Made by a program: the position numbers and the translations under genes
Notes under the pieces: model-generated
What the model saw: only the letters and a program-made list of their open reading frames with translations
The model's database searches: none
What the model was told of the DNA's origin: nothing
Shown here: in pieces, positions 29,813 to 38,770 of the stretch
Position numbering within the stretch: position 1 is the stretch's first letter
How the letters are laid out: each line of letters begins with the position of its first letter
NCBI GenBank assembly: GCA_937876995.1
Contig: CALEFD010000019.1
Location: 7,858-71,857 of the forward strand
Source: an uncultured Bacteroidales bacterium
Lineage (GTDB): Bacteria; Bacteroidota; Bacteroidia; Bacteroidales; Bacteroidaceae
Length of the DNA stretch: 64,000 bases
Direction: 5' to 3'

Positions 29813-30916
29813 TTATAAGTCTATATAATGATGTTCCTCTTCCCATTCTGAAACACCCGGTTGGAAACCACCGCCTCCACTACCTGCAGGTGGGTCGGGA
29901 ACAACAATTTCATCCTCAATAATAATCTTATGTTCAGGATTATCCAAAAATTCATCTGTAATATCCTTATGCCACTCTACGGTCTGTCCCGACTGTGTAG
30001 TCAGAAATATAGTTAGCCATAGTTTTGTCTCTTTACCCGGCAATTTACCGAAAGTATTAAAGGTACTGTGTACCATATCATTATCGGCTGCATCACTGCC
30101 TGCATATAGCGGGAAATACAATGAGACATTATCGTCCGATTTTCCCTCCTCTTTAGGATATGCTATAAAATTAGAGCCTATCTGTCCTGTAAGCAGTGCG
30201 TTTGCAGACGCCATGTGCTTGATATTCTTAACACGCACACTTAAGTAATAGGTCTCAACAACTGTCTCTGCTTCTACTTCTACTACCTGTTCTTCCACAT
30301 CGTTGTAGATTGTTACATTTTCACGAGCCACAAACAGATGGTCAGGTTCATAGACTATTTTTGTATTTTCCAGTCCGTCCATTGATTCAGCCCACTCCTT
30401 ATCTTCGTTCGATATGGTATCGCCCTCTATATCATCGTCGTCAATAACGACCGTATCGCCTTCTGCTCTTGTGTGTGCTCTATGACGGGCAGATTTTGTC
30501 TCTATTTCTGCTTTGGACCTGCCTATTACACTAAGCGCCTTATTCTTAATCTGCTGAGAGATTTCGTTAGTATATGCCTCCATCTGATACAACTGCATAT
30601 CGTTACGTATCAGAGTAGATTCTGTATCAAAATTATACACTATCAGTTTGTAATCGCCCGGAGGAACACTTATATAACCACCTTCTGACGGGATATAGTC
30701 TTCTGTAAAACGACGATTTGTATTAGGATCGTAGAATATAACACGCATTACTTCTACTTTAGGAGGTTCTTCTACATTTTGTATTTGCAAATTGATTTTC
30801 AAACGCAGCAACAAGTTCTTATTGAGATCGCTAAGCGGACGCAATTCACATGACGTCAACAGAATTAACGCCATCAAAATTGTAATATACTTAGAATATC
30901 TCCTACTCATATCCAA
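29813..30916 (-). CDS. DUF5119-like lipoprotein (fimbrillin-clan; possible anchor/accessory subunit)
   Basis: 367 aa. Lipobox LLTSC followed by ELRPL. The block VMRVIFYDPNTNRRF...GGYISVPPGDYKLIVYNFDTES is typical of DUF5119. The C-terminus GGGGFQPGVSEWEEE echoes the F-x-P-x-V-x-x-W tail of the fimbrillins. Confidence 0.55.
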   Translation of the reverse strand: MDMSRRYSKYITILMALILLTSCELRPLSDLNKNLLLRLKINLQIQNVEEPPKVEVMRVIFYDPNTNRRFTEDYIPSEGGYISVPPGDYKLIVYNFDTESTLIRNDMQLYQMEAYTNEISQQIKNKALSVIGRSKAEIETKSARHRAHTRAEGDTVVIDDDDIEGDTISNEDKEWAESMDGLENTKIVYEPDHLFVARENVTIYNDVEEQVVEVEAETVVETYYLSVRVKNIKHMASANALLTGQIGSNFIAYPKEEGKSDDNVSLYFPLYAGSDAADNDMVHSTFNTFGKLPGKETKLWLTIFLTTQSGQTVEWHKDITDEFLDNPEHKIIIEDEIVVPDPPAGSGGGGFQPGVSEWEEEHHYIDL

Positions 30917-30921
30917 ATTAT

Positions 30922-32238
30922 TTATTTGCTTTTCAAATTCAAATTAATAGGTCTGACCAAAGAAAACTTAATATTGGTTGGACCAAAATATTTCACTCTA
31001 CCGGCCTTATTGACATCTTTAATCAATCTGTCATAGTTCAAAGATGGATAATAGTGCTGATATGTAATATTTGCATAACCCACAGATGCCGCCATTTCAA
31101 AATTCCACTTTTTCTTCTTTCCTACAGGGAAGGAATATCCATAAGATGCACCTGCAGACCAAATTTTTCCTTGATAACACAAATCAAAATAGTACTGGAA
31201 GTCATATAGGCCGGTATAACCGTATAGCCCAACAAAATGACCGCGCAACTTCTCGTTACGATTTTCAGGTTTTTTAAACCAATATCTTACCTCCGGTCCC
31301 ATAACCCACAATTCATAACACTGTTTGTATCCGTTATGATACCAAGGGAAGATGTCTTCAAAATGCACTGACAGATGTTTACCAATAGGAATTTCTAACG
31401 TAACATTTGGAGCCATCACTGCGTCAAACAGCAAATTAGTTTTAAGAGCAGCTATAGTTACAGGCTCTTTTTCAACCGGCAATCTATCCATTACAGGATA
31501 GTCAATCTCTTTTAATCTATCCGGCAGTGGTTTTACTGTTAGACCTTGAGTATAAAAATTCGTTGGAAGATTATGTTTCTTATATTTGATTTGCACGCCG
31601 GCACCTCTCAATACAGGGTAGTATGTACGATACAAATATCTGTAAACTGCACCCACTGATGAATCGTAGCCCAATCTGTTCTCCATTCTCCACTTTTTGG
31701 TTTCTATACTGATTTCTTCTTCGGGGAAGATAACAGAGAGTACTTTCTCTTTGGTTTTTTCAGAAAGCAATGTATCGTCTTCTACGTATATAGACAAATC
31801 ATCCCACGCTTCTATAACGCTATGCACCAATATTTTTTCCTGCAACATTGGCCAATTTCTGCGCATATATTCGCTAATAACCTCAGTTCTATGCTCTGTA
31901 AGCCATTTGTTACGCAAATACACACCTTCAGGTGAAGATTGTACTACTATCTCAATTTCCAGGATATTTTCTGTTCCTACTGATTCAATTGCCTTGTGCA
32001 ATCTGTCCAAAGATATTGAGTTATCTCTATAATCTTCATACAGTTTCTCATCGTTCAGGCGGAACAAAACATCAGTTTCAAATGTTTCGTAAAGATCTAT
32101 GTAGATGGAGTCAACAAAGAGAGTATCACTTGATGAAGCAGATGTATTAACATCAGCAGGCGCAACCATTGCCTGTACAGGCAGCATAAAGCAGGCCAGT
32201 ACCGAAAACAATATACATTCCAACGCTCGTTTCATCAT
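30922..32238 (-). CDS. DUF3575-type outer-membrane beta-barrel protein with a ~240-aa N-terminal extension; first gene of the pilus-like operon
   Basis: 438 aa. Signal peptide (…ACFMLPVQA/M). The C-terminal part ALKTNLLFDAVMAPNVTLEIPIG...RGHFVGLYGYTGLYDFQ...GASYGYSFPVG...FGPTNIKFSLV matches the DUF3575 pattern I recall from Bacteroidales fimbrial loci. Confidence 0.65.
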   Translation of the reverse strand: MMKRALECILFSVLACFMLPVQAMVAPADVNTSASSSDTLFVDSIYIDLYETFETDVLFRLNDEKLYEDYRDNSISLDRLHKAIESVGTENILEIEIVVQSSPEGVYLRNKWLTEHRTEVISEYMRRNWPMLQEKILVHSVIEAWDDLSIYVEDDTLLSEKTKEKVLSVIFPEEEISIETKKWRMENRLGYDSSVGAVYRYLYRTYYPVLRGAGVQIKYKKHNLPTNFYTQGLTVKPLPDRLKEIDYPVMDRLPVEKEPVTIAALKTNLLFDAVMAPNVTLEIPIGKHLSVHFEDIFPWYHNGYKQCYELWVMGPEVRYWFKKPENRNEKLRGHFVGLYGYTGLYDFQYYFDLCYQGKIWSAGASYGYSFPVGKKKKWNFEMAASVGYANITYQHYYPSLNYDRLIKDVNKAGRVKYFGPTNIKFSLVRPINLNLKSK

Positions 32239-32303
32239 ATTTGTAGTTCTTGCCTTGTTCGCTTTTATATAACACGCACGCTCTCACGCGCGTACATAGT
32301 TCG

Positions 32304-32311
32304 CAAATATA
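32304..32311 (-). promoter_or_regulatory. Candidate Bacteroidetes -7 promoter box (TAnnTTTG) for the pilus-like operon
   Basis: Plus strand CAAATATA equals minus strand TATATTTG, about 66 nt upstream of the ATG at 32238. It is the only TAnnTTTG match on the minus strand in this intergenic region. Confidence 0.4.
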
Positions 32312-32497
32312 TGAAGAAAATCTTGTTCACAACGTGCTTAACGTCAATTTTTGGAGTTACAAATTCAATTTTTTTTCTAAGAGAACAAACTGCCAAAACC
32401 AAAATGTAAGCTATTATTACTATAAAATTTCAGAAAGCATTCGTGTGTTTTTTTTCAAATTAGCGCATCGCACTCTGTTGAATCAACAATAATTTTG

Positions 32498-32505
32498 TAA
32501 GTTTG
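32498..32505 (+). promoter_or_regulatory. Candidate -7 promoter box (TAAGTTTG) for the flippase gene
   Basis: Exact TAnnTTTG match 26 nt upstream of ATG 32531. Confidence 0.45.
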
Positions 32506-32530
32506 CAGAACCAATATAGAGATAGGAATT

Positions 32531-34021
32531 ATGGCAAATAAAATGGCCGCTTTGGCTAAAGACACAGCAATATACGGCGTAAGCAGCATAGTGGGCAGAT
32601 TTATTAATTATCTGCTTACTCCGCTATACACTAGGGCACTGACAGAACAGGCTGAATATGGAAATATCACCTCTATATATGCCTGGACAGCATTCCTTTT
32701 GGTATTTCTTACATTTGGAATGGAAACCACAATGTTCCGTTTTGCCAACAAAGAGGGCGAACATCCGGAAAAAGTATTCTCAACTTCTCTAATTTTTGTT
32801 GGAGGATTGTCATTTATCTTTGCTTTGCTTTGCTGGTTATTTACAGAGCCCATATCTGCAGCAATAGGTTTTGAAAACCACCCTGAGTACATTAGAATAA
32901 TGTCTATAGTAGTAGCTCTTGACTCATTTCAATCTATTATCTTCTCATATTTAAGGCTTCAAAAACGTCCTATCAAGTTTGCAAGCATAAAATTAATCAT
33001 CATCATATTGAACATATTATTAAACCTGTTCATACTTAGATATGTACCTATTTTTTACCAAAACTCAATTATTTTCAAAAATTGGTTCAATCCGTCAGAT
33101 TTGGTACTCTACGTATGCATAATAAACCTGATATGTTCAGCAGCATCGCTACCGGCATTCATACCGGAATTAAAAAACTTAAAGTTTGGATTTAACAAAA
33201 AACTATTCAAACAGATGTTCGCATATTCTGTTCCTATTCTCATTTTGGGAATAGCCGGAATATTAAATCAGGTAGCCGATAAAATGCTCTATCCGCATTT
33301 GGTACCGGGTGAAATAGGCAAAGCTCAATTAGGAGAATATGGAGCTGCCGTAAAGATTGCAATGATAATGTCTATGCTTATTCAGGCATTCCGATACGCA
33401 TACGAACCTATTGTTTTTGGCGCCTCAAAAGAGAGTACAACCAATAAGAACAAATTGTATGCGGATTCTATGAAATACTTCATAATATTTGCACTTTTGG
33501 CTTTCCTGGCAGTAGTATTCTATCTGGATATTCTGATACTGATTTTAGGCCCGGAATACAGATCGGGCGCCAGAGTTATTCCTATAGTTATGATTGCAGA
33601 AATCTTTATGGGAATATACTTTAACCTGTCATTTTGGTATAAACTGATAGACAAAACCTGGTGGGGCGGAGTATTCTCATTTATAGGCTGTGCAGTACTT
33701 TTGGCAATCAACATAATCTTTGTCCCCAAATATGGTTATATAGCTTGTGCCTGGGGTGGATTTGCGGGCTACGGAGTCTGTATGCTTCTTTCATATTTTG
33801 TAGGACAACACTATGCCCCTGTAAAATACCCCATAAAAGATATTGCCATATACATAGTTCTGGCAGCTGTTCTATGGGGAGTTTCCACCATCTTCAAAGA
33901 GCAGGGCATTGTACTCAAGATGTGTATAAAAACCCTGTTGCTATTGGTTTTTGCAGCATACATAATCAAAAAAGATCTGCCACTTAAATCTATCCCCTTC
34001 ATAAGGAATTTTATAAGATAG
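32531..34021 (+). CDS. Wzx-like oligosaccharide/polysaccharide flippase (MOP superfamily)
   Basis: 496 aa. Highly hydrophobic multi-span protein. N-terminus AKDTAIYGVSSIVGRFINYLLTPLYT is typical of polysaccharide biosynthesis (Polysacc_synt) flippases. Confidence 0.65.
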   Translation: MANKMAALAKDTAIYGVSSIVGRFINYLLTPLYTRALTEQAEYGNITSIYAWTAFLLVFLTFGMETTMFRFANKEGEHPEKVFSTSLIFVGGLSFIFALLCWLFTEPISAAIGFENHPEYIRIMSIVVALDSFQSIIFSYLRLQKRPIKFASIKLIIIILNILLNLFILRYVPIFYQNSIIFKNWFNPSDLVLYVCIINLICSAASLPAFIPELKNLKFGFNKKLFKQMFAYSVPILILGIAGILNQVADKMLYPHLVPGEIGKAQLGEYGAAVKIAMIMSMLIQAFRYAYEPIVFGASKESTTNKNKLYADSMKYFIIFALLAFLAVVFYLDILILILGPEYRSGARVIPIVMIAEIFMGIYFNLSFWYKLIDKTWWGGVFSFIGCAVLLAINIIFVPKYGYIACAWGGFAGYGVCMLLSYFVGQHYAPVKYPIKDIAIYIVLAAVLWGVSTIFKEQGIVLKMCIKTLLLLVFAAYIIKKDLPLKSIPFIRNFIR

Positions 34022-34067
34022 TAGGTTTCTTTATATGCCTTTAAGGCACTATATTAAATATATTTAG

Positions 34068-34075
34068 TATTTTTG
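34068..34075 (+). promoter_or_regulatory. Candidate -7 promoter box (TATTTTTG)
   Basis: TAnnTTTG match 23 nt upstream of ATG 34098. Confidence 0.45.
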
Positions 34076-34097
34076 CCCACCACATAGTATTGGTTTT

Positions 34098-34697
34098 ATG
34101 AAAGATTCTATAAAAGAGCTGATAGAGCACGAAGCGAAAGCGATACTAAACATACCTATTGACGACGAATACGAAAACGCTGTCAATCTGATAGTTGACC
34201 ACGTACATAAACTGAATGGTAAACTTATAACCAGCGGCATGGGAAAGGCCGGGCAGATAGCTATGAATATGGCAACAACATTCTGTTCTACAGGCACTCC
34301 TGCGGTATTCTTACATCCCAGTGAAGCTCAGCATGGCGATTTAGGTATTGTTCAGAAAAATGACATCTTTTTACTCATATCAAATTCCGGAAAGACCAGA
34401 GAGATTCTGGAATTGGTAGAATTGAGCAAACAACTTGACCCTTCGCTTAAATTCATAGTTATAACAAGTAAAAAGAATTGCCAGCTGGCTAAATTGGCAA
34501 ATGTAGTTCTTACAACAGGAGCTCCGGAAGAGGTGTGTGCATTAGGACTTGCTCCTACTACCAGTACCACCGTGATGAACGTAATAGGCGATATTCTTGT
34601 AGTGGAAACAATGAAAAAGATTGGTTTTACTATAGAACAGTATAACAAAAGACACCACGGAGGCTATTTAGGTCAACGTTCAAAAAAACTTTTATGA
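34098..34697 (+). CDS. Single-domain (SIS-only) arabinose-5-phosphate isomerase-like protein
   Basis: 199 aa. Strong resemblance to the KdsD SIS domain: SGMGKAGQIAMNMATTFCSTGTPAVFLHPSEAQHGDLG, ISNSGKT, LGLAPTTSTTV, HHGGYLG. The protein ends where the KdsD CBS pair would begin. Confidence 0.8.
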   Translation: MKDSIKELIEHEAKAILNIPIDDEYENAVNLIVDHVHKLNGKLITSGMGKAGQIAMNMATTFCSTGTPAVFLHPSEAQHGDLGIVQKNDIFLLISNSGKTREILELVELSKQLDPSLKFIVITSKKNCQLAKLANVVLTTGAPEEVCALGLAPTTSTTVMNVIGDILVVETMKKIGFTIEQYNKRHHGGYLGQRSKKLL

Positions 34698-35617
34698 GAC
34701 GAGTTTTCGGAATAGGAGAAACCATATACGACATTATCTTTAAAGATGGGAAACCTATAGCAGGTGTACCCGGCGGTTCTGTATTCAACGGTCTTATGAC
34801 ATTAGGCAAATTGGGTGTAAAATGCACTCAGATTAGCGAAGTAGGCAGCGACCAGGTAGGTTTAATCATTAAAGAGACAATGGAAAAGAACGGAGTTGAC
34901 ACCCGTTATCTGTCTTGCTACGAAGGTAAAAAAACCGCCATTTCATTGGCATTTTTAGACCAAAACAGTAATGCCAATTATAGCTTCTACAAAGACTATC
35001 CTAACATACGTTTGGAATTTGAACTACCACAAATGGATAGCGAAGATATAGTATTGTTTGGTTCTTACTACGCACTTAATCCTGCACTGCGCAAACAGGT
35101 GGGTGGTTTCTTAAAACACGCCAAAGAGAGCGGCGCACTACTCTACTACGATTTGAATTTCCGCGCAAATCATAAAGACGAAGTAGAATCACTATATAAC
35201 ACCTTCTACGAAAACTTCTGTTTGGCAGATATTGTACGTGGCAGCGATGAAGATTTCAACATCCTATATGGTGAAACCGATATCAGAAAGATTTATGACA
35301 GTCATATTAAAGGACGTTGCAATATTCTGATAATGACTCACGGAGCAGACGGAGTAGAGATTATAGACAGAGGCAACTATTACAAAATTCCGTCAACAAA
35401 AATAGACAACGTAGTAAGCACTATAGGAGCAGGCGATAATTTCAACGCCGGCATAGCATATAGTTTGATAGCTGAATCCATATATCACACAAATTTGGAC
35501 AGGATAGATGAAACTATGTGGAAAAGAGTCATCACATACGGTATAACTTTTGCCACAAAAGCTTGTCAGACTACCAACAACTATATAGACATAGATGTAA
35601 ACGAGATTTTTCAATAA
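34694..35617 (+). CDS. PfkB-family carbohydrate kinase
   Basis: 307 aa. N-terminal GG motif (PGGSVFN) and C-terminal GAGDNFNAG anion-hole motif. ATGA overlap with the isomerase gene. Confidence 0.75.
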   Translation: MRRVFGIGETIYDIIFKDGKPIAGVPGGSVFNGLMTLGKLGVKCTQISEVGSDQVGLIIKETMEKNGVDTRYLSCYEGKKTAISLAFLDQNSNANYSFYKDYPNIRLEFELPQMDSEDIVLFGSYYALNPALRKQVGGFLKHAKESGALLYYDLNFRANHKDEVESLYNTFYENFCLADIVRGSDEDFNILYGETDIRKIYDSHIKGRCNILIMTHGADGVEIIDRGNYYKIPSTKIDNVVSTIGAGDNFNAGIAYSLIAESIYHTNLDRIDETMWKRVITYGITFATKACQTTNNYIDIDVNEIFQ

Positions 35618-35631
35618 CATAAATATCCAAG

Positions 35632-37587
35632 ATGAAACAGTTCATAAAGGCAGTATTAGGCACACCATTTATAACCTTGCTATGGAATCTGTTAATGGTG
35701 TATATCTGTTTTATGATTTGCAGAATAGCCTTTATCTGGTATAACTGGGATTTATACAGCGGATATTTAGATACAGAATTGGTGCTGAATATGCTAAAGG
35801 GCAGTTTAAGATTCGACACTGCCGGCATTATGTACTTAAGCATACTTTATATATTTCTTACACTTATCCCTCTACACTTTAAAGAGAGAAAAAGGTATTA
35901 CCAAATAACCCGTTGGATACTTATTGTTTGCTGTTCTATAGGTATTGTTATGAATTTGGCAGATACCGTCTATTATCAATTTTCAGGCAAACGCACCACA
36001 ATAAGTCTGTTTACAGAATTTGCCAACGAAAGCAACATAGCGCAGATAATACTGAAAGAGGTTATAAACAGTTGGTACATCACCCTATTAGGCATTGCCC
36101 TTATTGCATTTTTAATAAAGTTCATACGCATTCCTAAAACTATAGTTTACAACAATCTTTGGCACTACTATTTAATACGTCCTGTATCATTTTTACTGAT
36201 GGGCACATTAAGTGTTGCAGGAATGCGCGGAGGTTTTACCAGCAGCCATCCTATAACGTTGAGTAATGCCAACCAATATGTAAACAGACCTGTAGAGGCT
36301 GTAGCAGTTCTTAACACTCCGTTCTGTTTTGTACGCACCTTGGACAAAAAGCAGATGGTTACGCCGCACTATTACACAGAAGAGGAACTGAACGAAAGAT
36401 TCAGTGGAGTAATAACACCCGATTCCAACGCTGTTTTTACCCCAAAGAACGTAGTGGTCTTTATTCTTGAAAGCTTTGGAACGGAATATATAGGAGCATT
36501 AAACAAAGACAAACCAGACTTTGTAAGTTACACCCCTTTTCTTGATTCATTGATAGAAGAGAGCCTTACATTTGAATATTCATTTGCTAACGGAAGAAAG
36601 AGCATTGACGCTATGCCATCCATACTATCCGGCATTCCCATGTTTGTAGAAAATTTTGTTCTCACCCCTACTCTGATAAACAAGAATGTAAGCGGTCTGG
36701 CAGAAGAACTCTCAAACAAAGGCTATTATTCAGCATTCTTTCACGGGGCAGACAACAGCTCTATGGGATTCAAATCCTATTCCCGAAGCATAGGCTACAT
36801 AGACTACTTTGGGTTAACTGAATTCAACGAAGAACCTCAATATGGCGGAATGTCAAAATTCGATGGTATCTGGGCCATCTGGGACGAAGATTATTTACAA
36901 TATTTCTGCGATAAAATGGGCAGTTTTAAGCAGCCGTTTGTATCGTCTATCTTCACCGCTTCATCGCATCACCCCTTTGCCATACCGGAATGGAGAAAAG
37001 AGCAGTTTCCTGAAGGCAATCTACCCATACATAAATGCGTAAAGTATTCCGATAACGGATTACGCCTGTTCTTTGAAAAGGCAAAGGAACAAGAGTGGTT
37101 CAACAACACACTGTTTGTATTTACTGCCGACCATACAAACCAATCGGAATATCCCGAATACCAGACAGAGGTAGGTAAATTCAGAGTACCTATCATATTC
37201 TACACCCCTTCCGGCGAACTAAAGGGACGCAGAAATGCCGTAGCCCAGCAAACAGATATACTGCCTACTATTTTAGGATATTTGGGCTACGACAGACCAT
37301 TTATCTGCTTTGGACAGAATCTGCTAACCACAAAAGACGAAGATACATTTGCAGCCAACTATATAAACGGAATTTTCCAATTCATCAAAGGCGATTATGT
37401 TATTCACTTTGATGGAAATGAACTGATGGCTATGTATAACTACAAAACAGATACCGGCCTTAAAGAGAATCTAAAAGACCGGTATCCCGATATTGCATCT
37501 TCACTTACTGCTCAGCTAAAAGCTGTTATTCAGCAGTATATGGAGCGAATGAACGAAAAGAGTCTGGTTATCAGCCAACTACCTTAA
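35632..37587 (+). CDS. LTA-synthase/sulfatase-family membrane protein (alkaline-phosphatase superfamily phospho-alcohol transferase)
   Basis: 651 aa. About 5 N-terminal TM helices, then an extracytoplasmic domain with [32 protein letters not shown] and TADH, typical of Pfam sulfatase / LtaS / OpgB-like enzymes. Confidence 0.65.
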   Translation: MKQFIKAVLGTPFITLLWNLLMVYICFMICRIAFIWYNWDLYSGYLDTELVLNMLKGSLRFDTAGIMYLSILYIFLTLIPLHFKERKRYYQITRWILIVCCSIGIVMNLADTVYYQFSGKRTTISLFTEFANESNIAQIILKEVINSWYITLLGIALIAFLIKFIRIPKTIVYNNLWHYYLIRPVSFLLMGTLSVAGMRGGFTSSHPITLSNANQYVNRPVEAVAVLNTPFCFVRTLDKKQMVTPHYYTEEELNERFSGVITPDSNAVFTPKNVVVFILESFGTEYIGALNKDKPDFVSYTPFLDSLIEESLTFEYSFANGRKSIDAMPSILSGIPMFVENFVLTPTLINKNVSGLAEELSNKGYYSAFFHGADNSSMGFKSYSRSIGYIDYFGLTEFNEEPQYGGMSKFDGIWAIWDEDYLQYFCDKMGSFKQPFVSSIFTASSHHPFAIPEWRKEQFPEGNLPIHKCVKYSDNGLRLFFEKAKEQEWFNNTLFVFTADHTNQSEYPEYQTEVGKFRVPIIFYTPSGELKGRRNAVAQQTDILPTILGYLGYDRPFICFGQNLLTTKDEDTFAANYINGIFQFIKGDYVIHFDGNELMAMYNYKTDTGLKENLKDRYPDIASSLTAQLKAVIQQYMERMNEKSLVISQLP

Positions 37588-38767
37588 CCTTTAATTTTGC
37601 ATAAGCGCGTTCAGCCTTTGCCAACGCCTTTTCGATGGTCTCATCCTTAGCCAGGATAACACCCATACGACGATGTCCCTTAACAAAAGGTTTACCGAAT
37701 ATTCTAATCTGCACATCTTCTTCTGCAAGAACCTCTTCCAAGTTTTCAAATACCACCTGTGTACCATCACCCTCTACTACTACAGCTTTTGATGCTGATG
37801 GGCCATAGAAGTTGATTTTTGGGATTGGCAATCCAAGTATTGCTCTTGCGTGCAGTGCAAACTCAGAAAGATCCTGTGAAATCATTGTTACCATACCTGT
37901 ATCGTGTGGACGAGGCGAAACTTCGCTAAACAGAACCTCATCACCGCAGATAAACATCTCTACTCCAAAGATACCGTAACCACCCAATGCATCGGTAATT
38001 TTCTTAGCTATATCCTGTGCAGCAGCCAGCGCTTTATCGCTCATAGGCTGAGCCTGCCAGGATTCACGATAGTCACCATCCACCTGATGATGTCCTATAG
38101 GATTCAGGAACGATGTACCACCGCTGTGACGTACTGTTAAGAGAGTTATCTCATAATCGAACTTAACAAAACCCTCTACAATAACCTCGCCCTGACCGGC
38201 ACGTCCACCTTCCTGAGCGCATTTCCAACAGCTATCAGCATCGGCAGGAGTCTTACAAACACTCTGACCGTGACCAGAAGAACTCATAATAGGTTTAACC
38301 ACGCATGGTGTTCCTACCTCCTGAATAGCTGCATCAAACTCTTCTCTGGTAGCAGCAAATTTATATTTTGATGTAGGCAAGCCCAACTTTTCTGCTGCCA
38401 ACTGACGTATTCCTTTACGATTCATAGTAAGGAATGTAGCCTGAGCTGTAGGAATAACATTGTATCCCTCCTTTTCAAGTTCAATAAGTGTAGGTGTGGC
38501 AATAGCCTCTACTTCCGGGATAATCAAATCTGGTTTCTCCTGTTCGATAATCTCGCGCAGACGTGCACCATCCAACATTGAAAGAACGTATGAACGATGT
38601 GCAATCTGCATAGCAGGAGCATTCTCATAACGATCCAAAGCAATAACTTCAACGCCATAACGCTGTAGTTCTATTGCAACTTCTTTACCTAATTCGCCAG
38701 ATCCGCAAAGCAATGCTTTTTTTGCTACAGCGGTAAGTGGTGTACCTATTTTAACCATATTATTCAA
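37571..38767 (-). CDS. purT: Formate-dependent phosphoribosylglycinamide formyltransferase (GAR transformylase 2)
   Basis: 398 aa, near-colinear with E. coli PurT as I recall it: [93 protein letters not shown]. Confidence 0.9.
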   Translation of the reverse strand: MNNMVKIGTPLTAVAKKALLCGSGELGKEVAIELQRYGVEVIALDRYENAPAMQIAHRSYVLSMLDGARLREIIEQEKPDLIIPEVEAIATPTLIELEKEGYNVIPTAQATFLTMNRKGIRQLAAEKLGLPTSKYKFAATREEFDAAIQEVGTPCVVKPIMSSSGHGQSVCKTPADADSCWKCAQEGGRAGQGEVIVEGFVKFDYEITLLTVRHSGGTSFLNPIGHHQVDGDYRESWQAQPMSDKALAAAQDIAKKITDALGGYGIFGVEMFICGDEVLFSEVSPRPHDTGMVTMISQDLSEFALHARAILGLPIPKINFYGPSASKAVVVEGDGTQVVFENLEEVLAEEDVQIRIFGKPFVKGHRRMGVILAKDETIEKALAKAERAYAKLKVKVVG

Positions 38768-38770
38768 ATA

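Noticed and set aside
32250-32492. 80-aa ORF in the intergenic region between the pilus operon and the flippase gene
   Set aside because: It occupies the divergent promoter region and has junk-like composition with T8 runs inside it. It has no signal or known motif, and it would overlap the predicted pilus-operon leader and promoter.
32239-32530. Possible invertible (shufflon/fim-switch-like) promoter controlling the pilus operon, as in Bacteroides capsule loci
   Set aside because: I searched by eye for inverted repeats flanking the promoter. I found only short (6-nt) TTGTTC/GAACAA matches. No tyrosine or serine recombinase gene is present anywhere in the window.
37571-37587. Convergent 3'-end overlaps (35632-37587 with purT at 37571-38767; 40799-41746 with 41722-43551) as possible antisense regulation
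   Set aside because: Overlaps of 17 and 25 nt between convergent genes are common in compact bacterial genomes. No structured element is visible and there is nothing to suggest more than shared termination.
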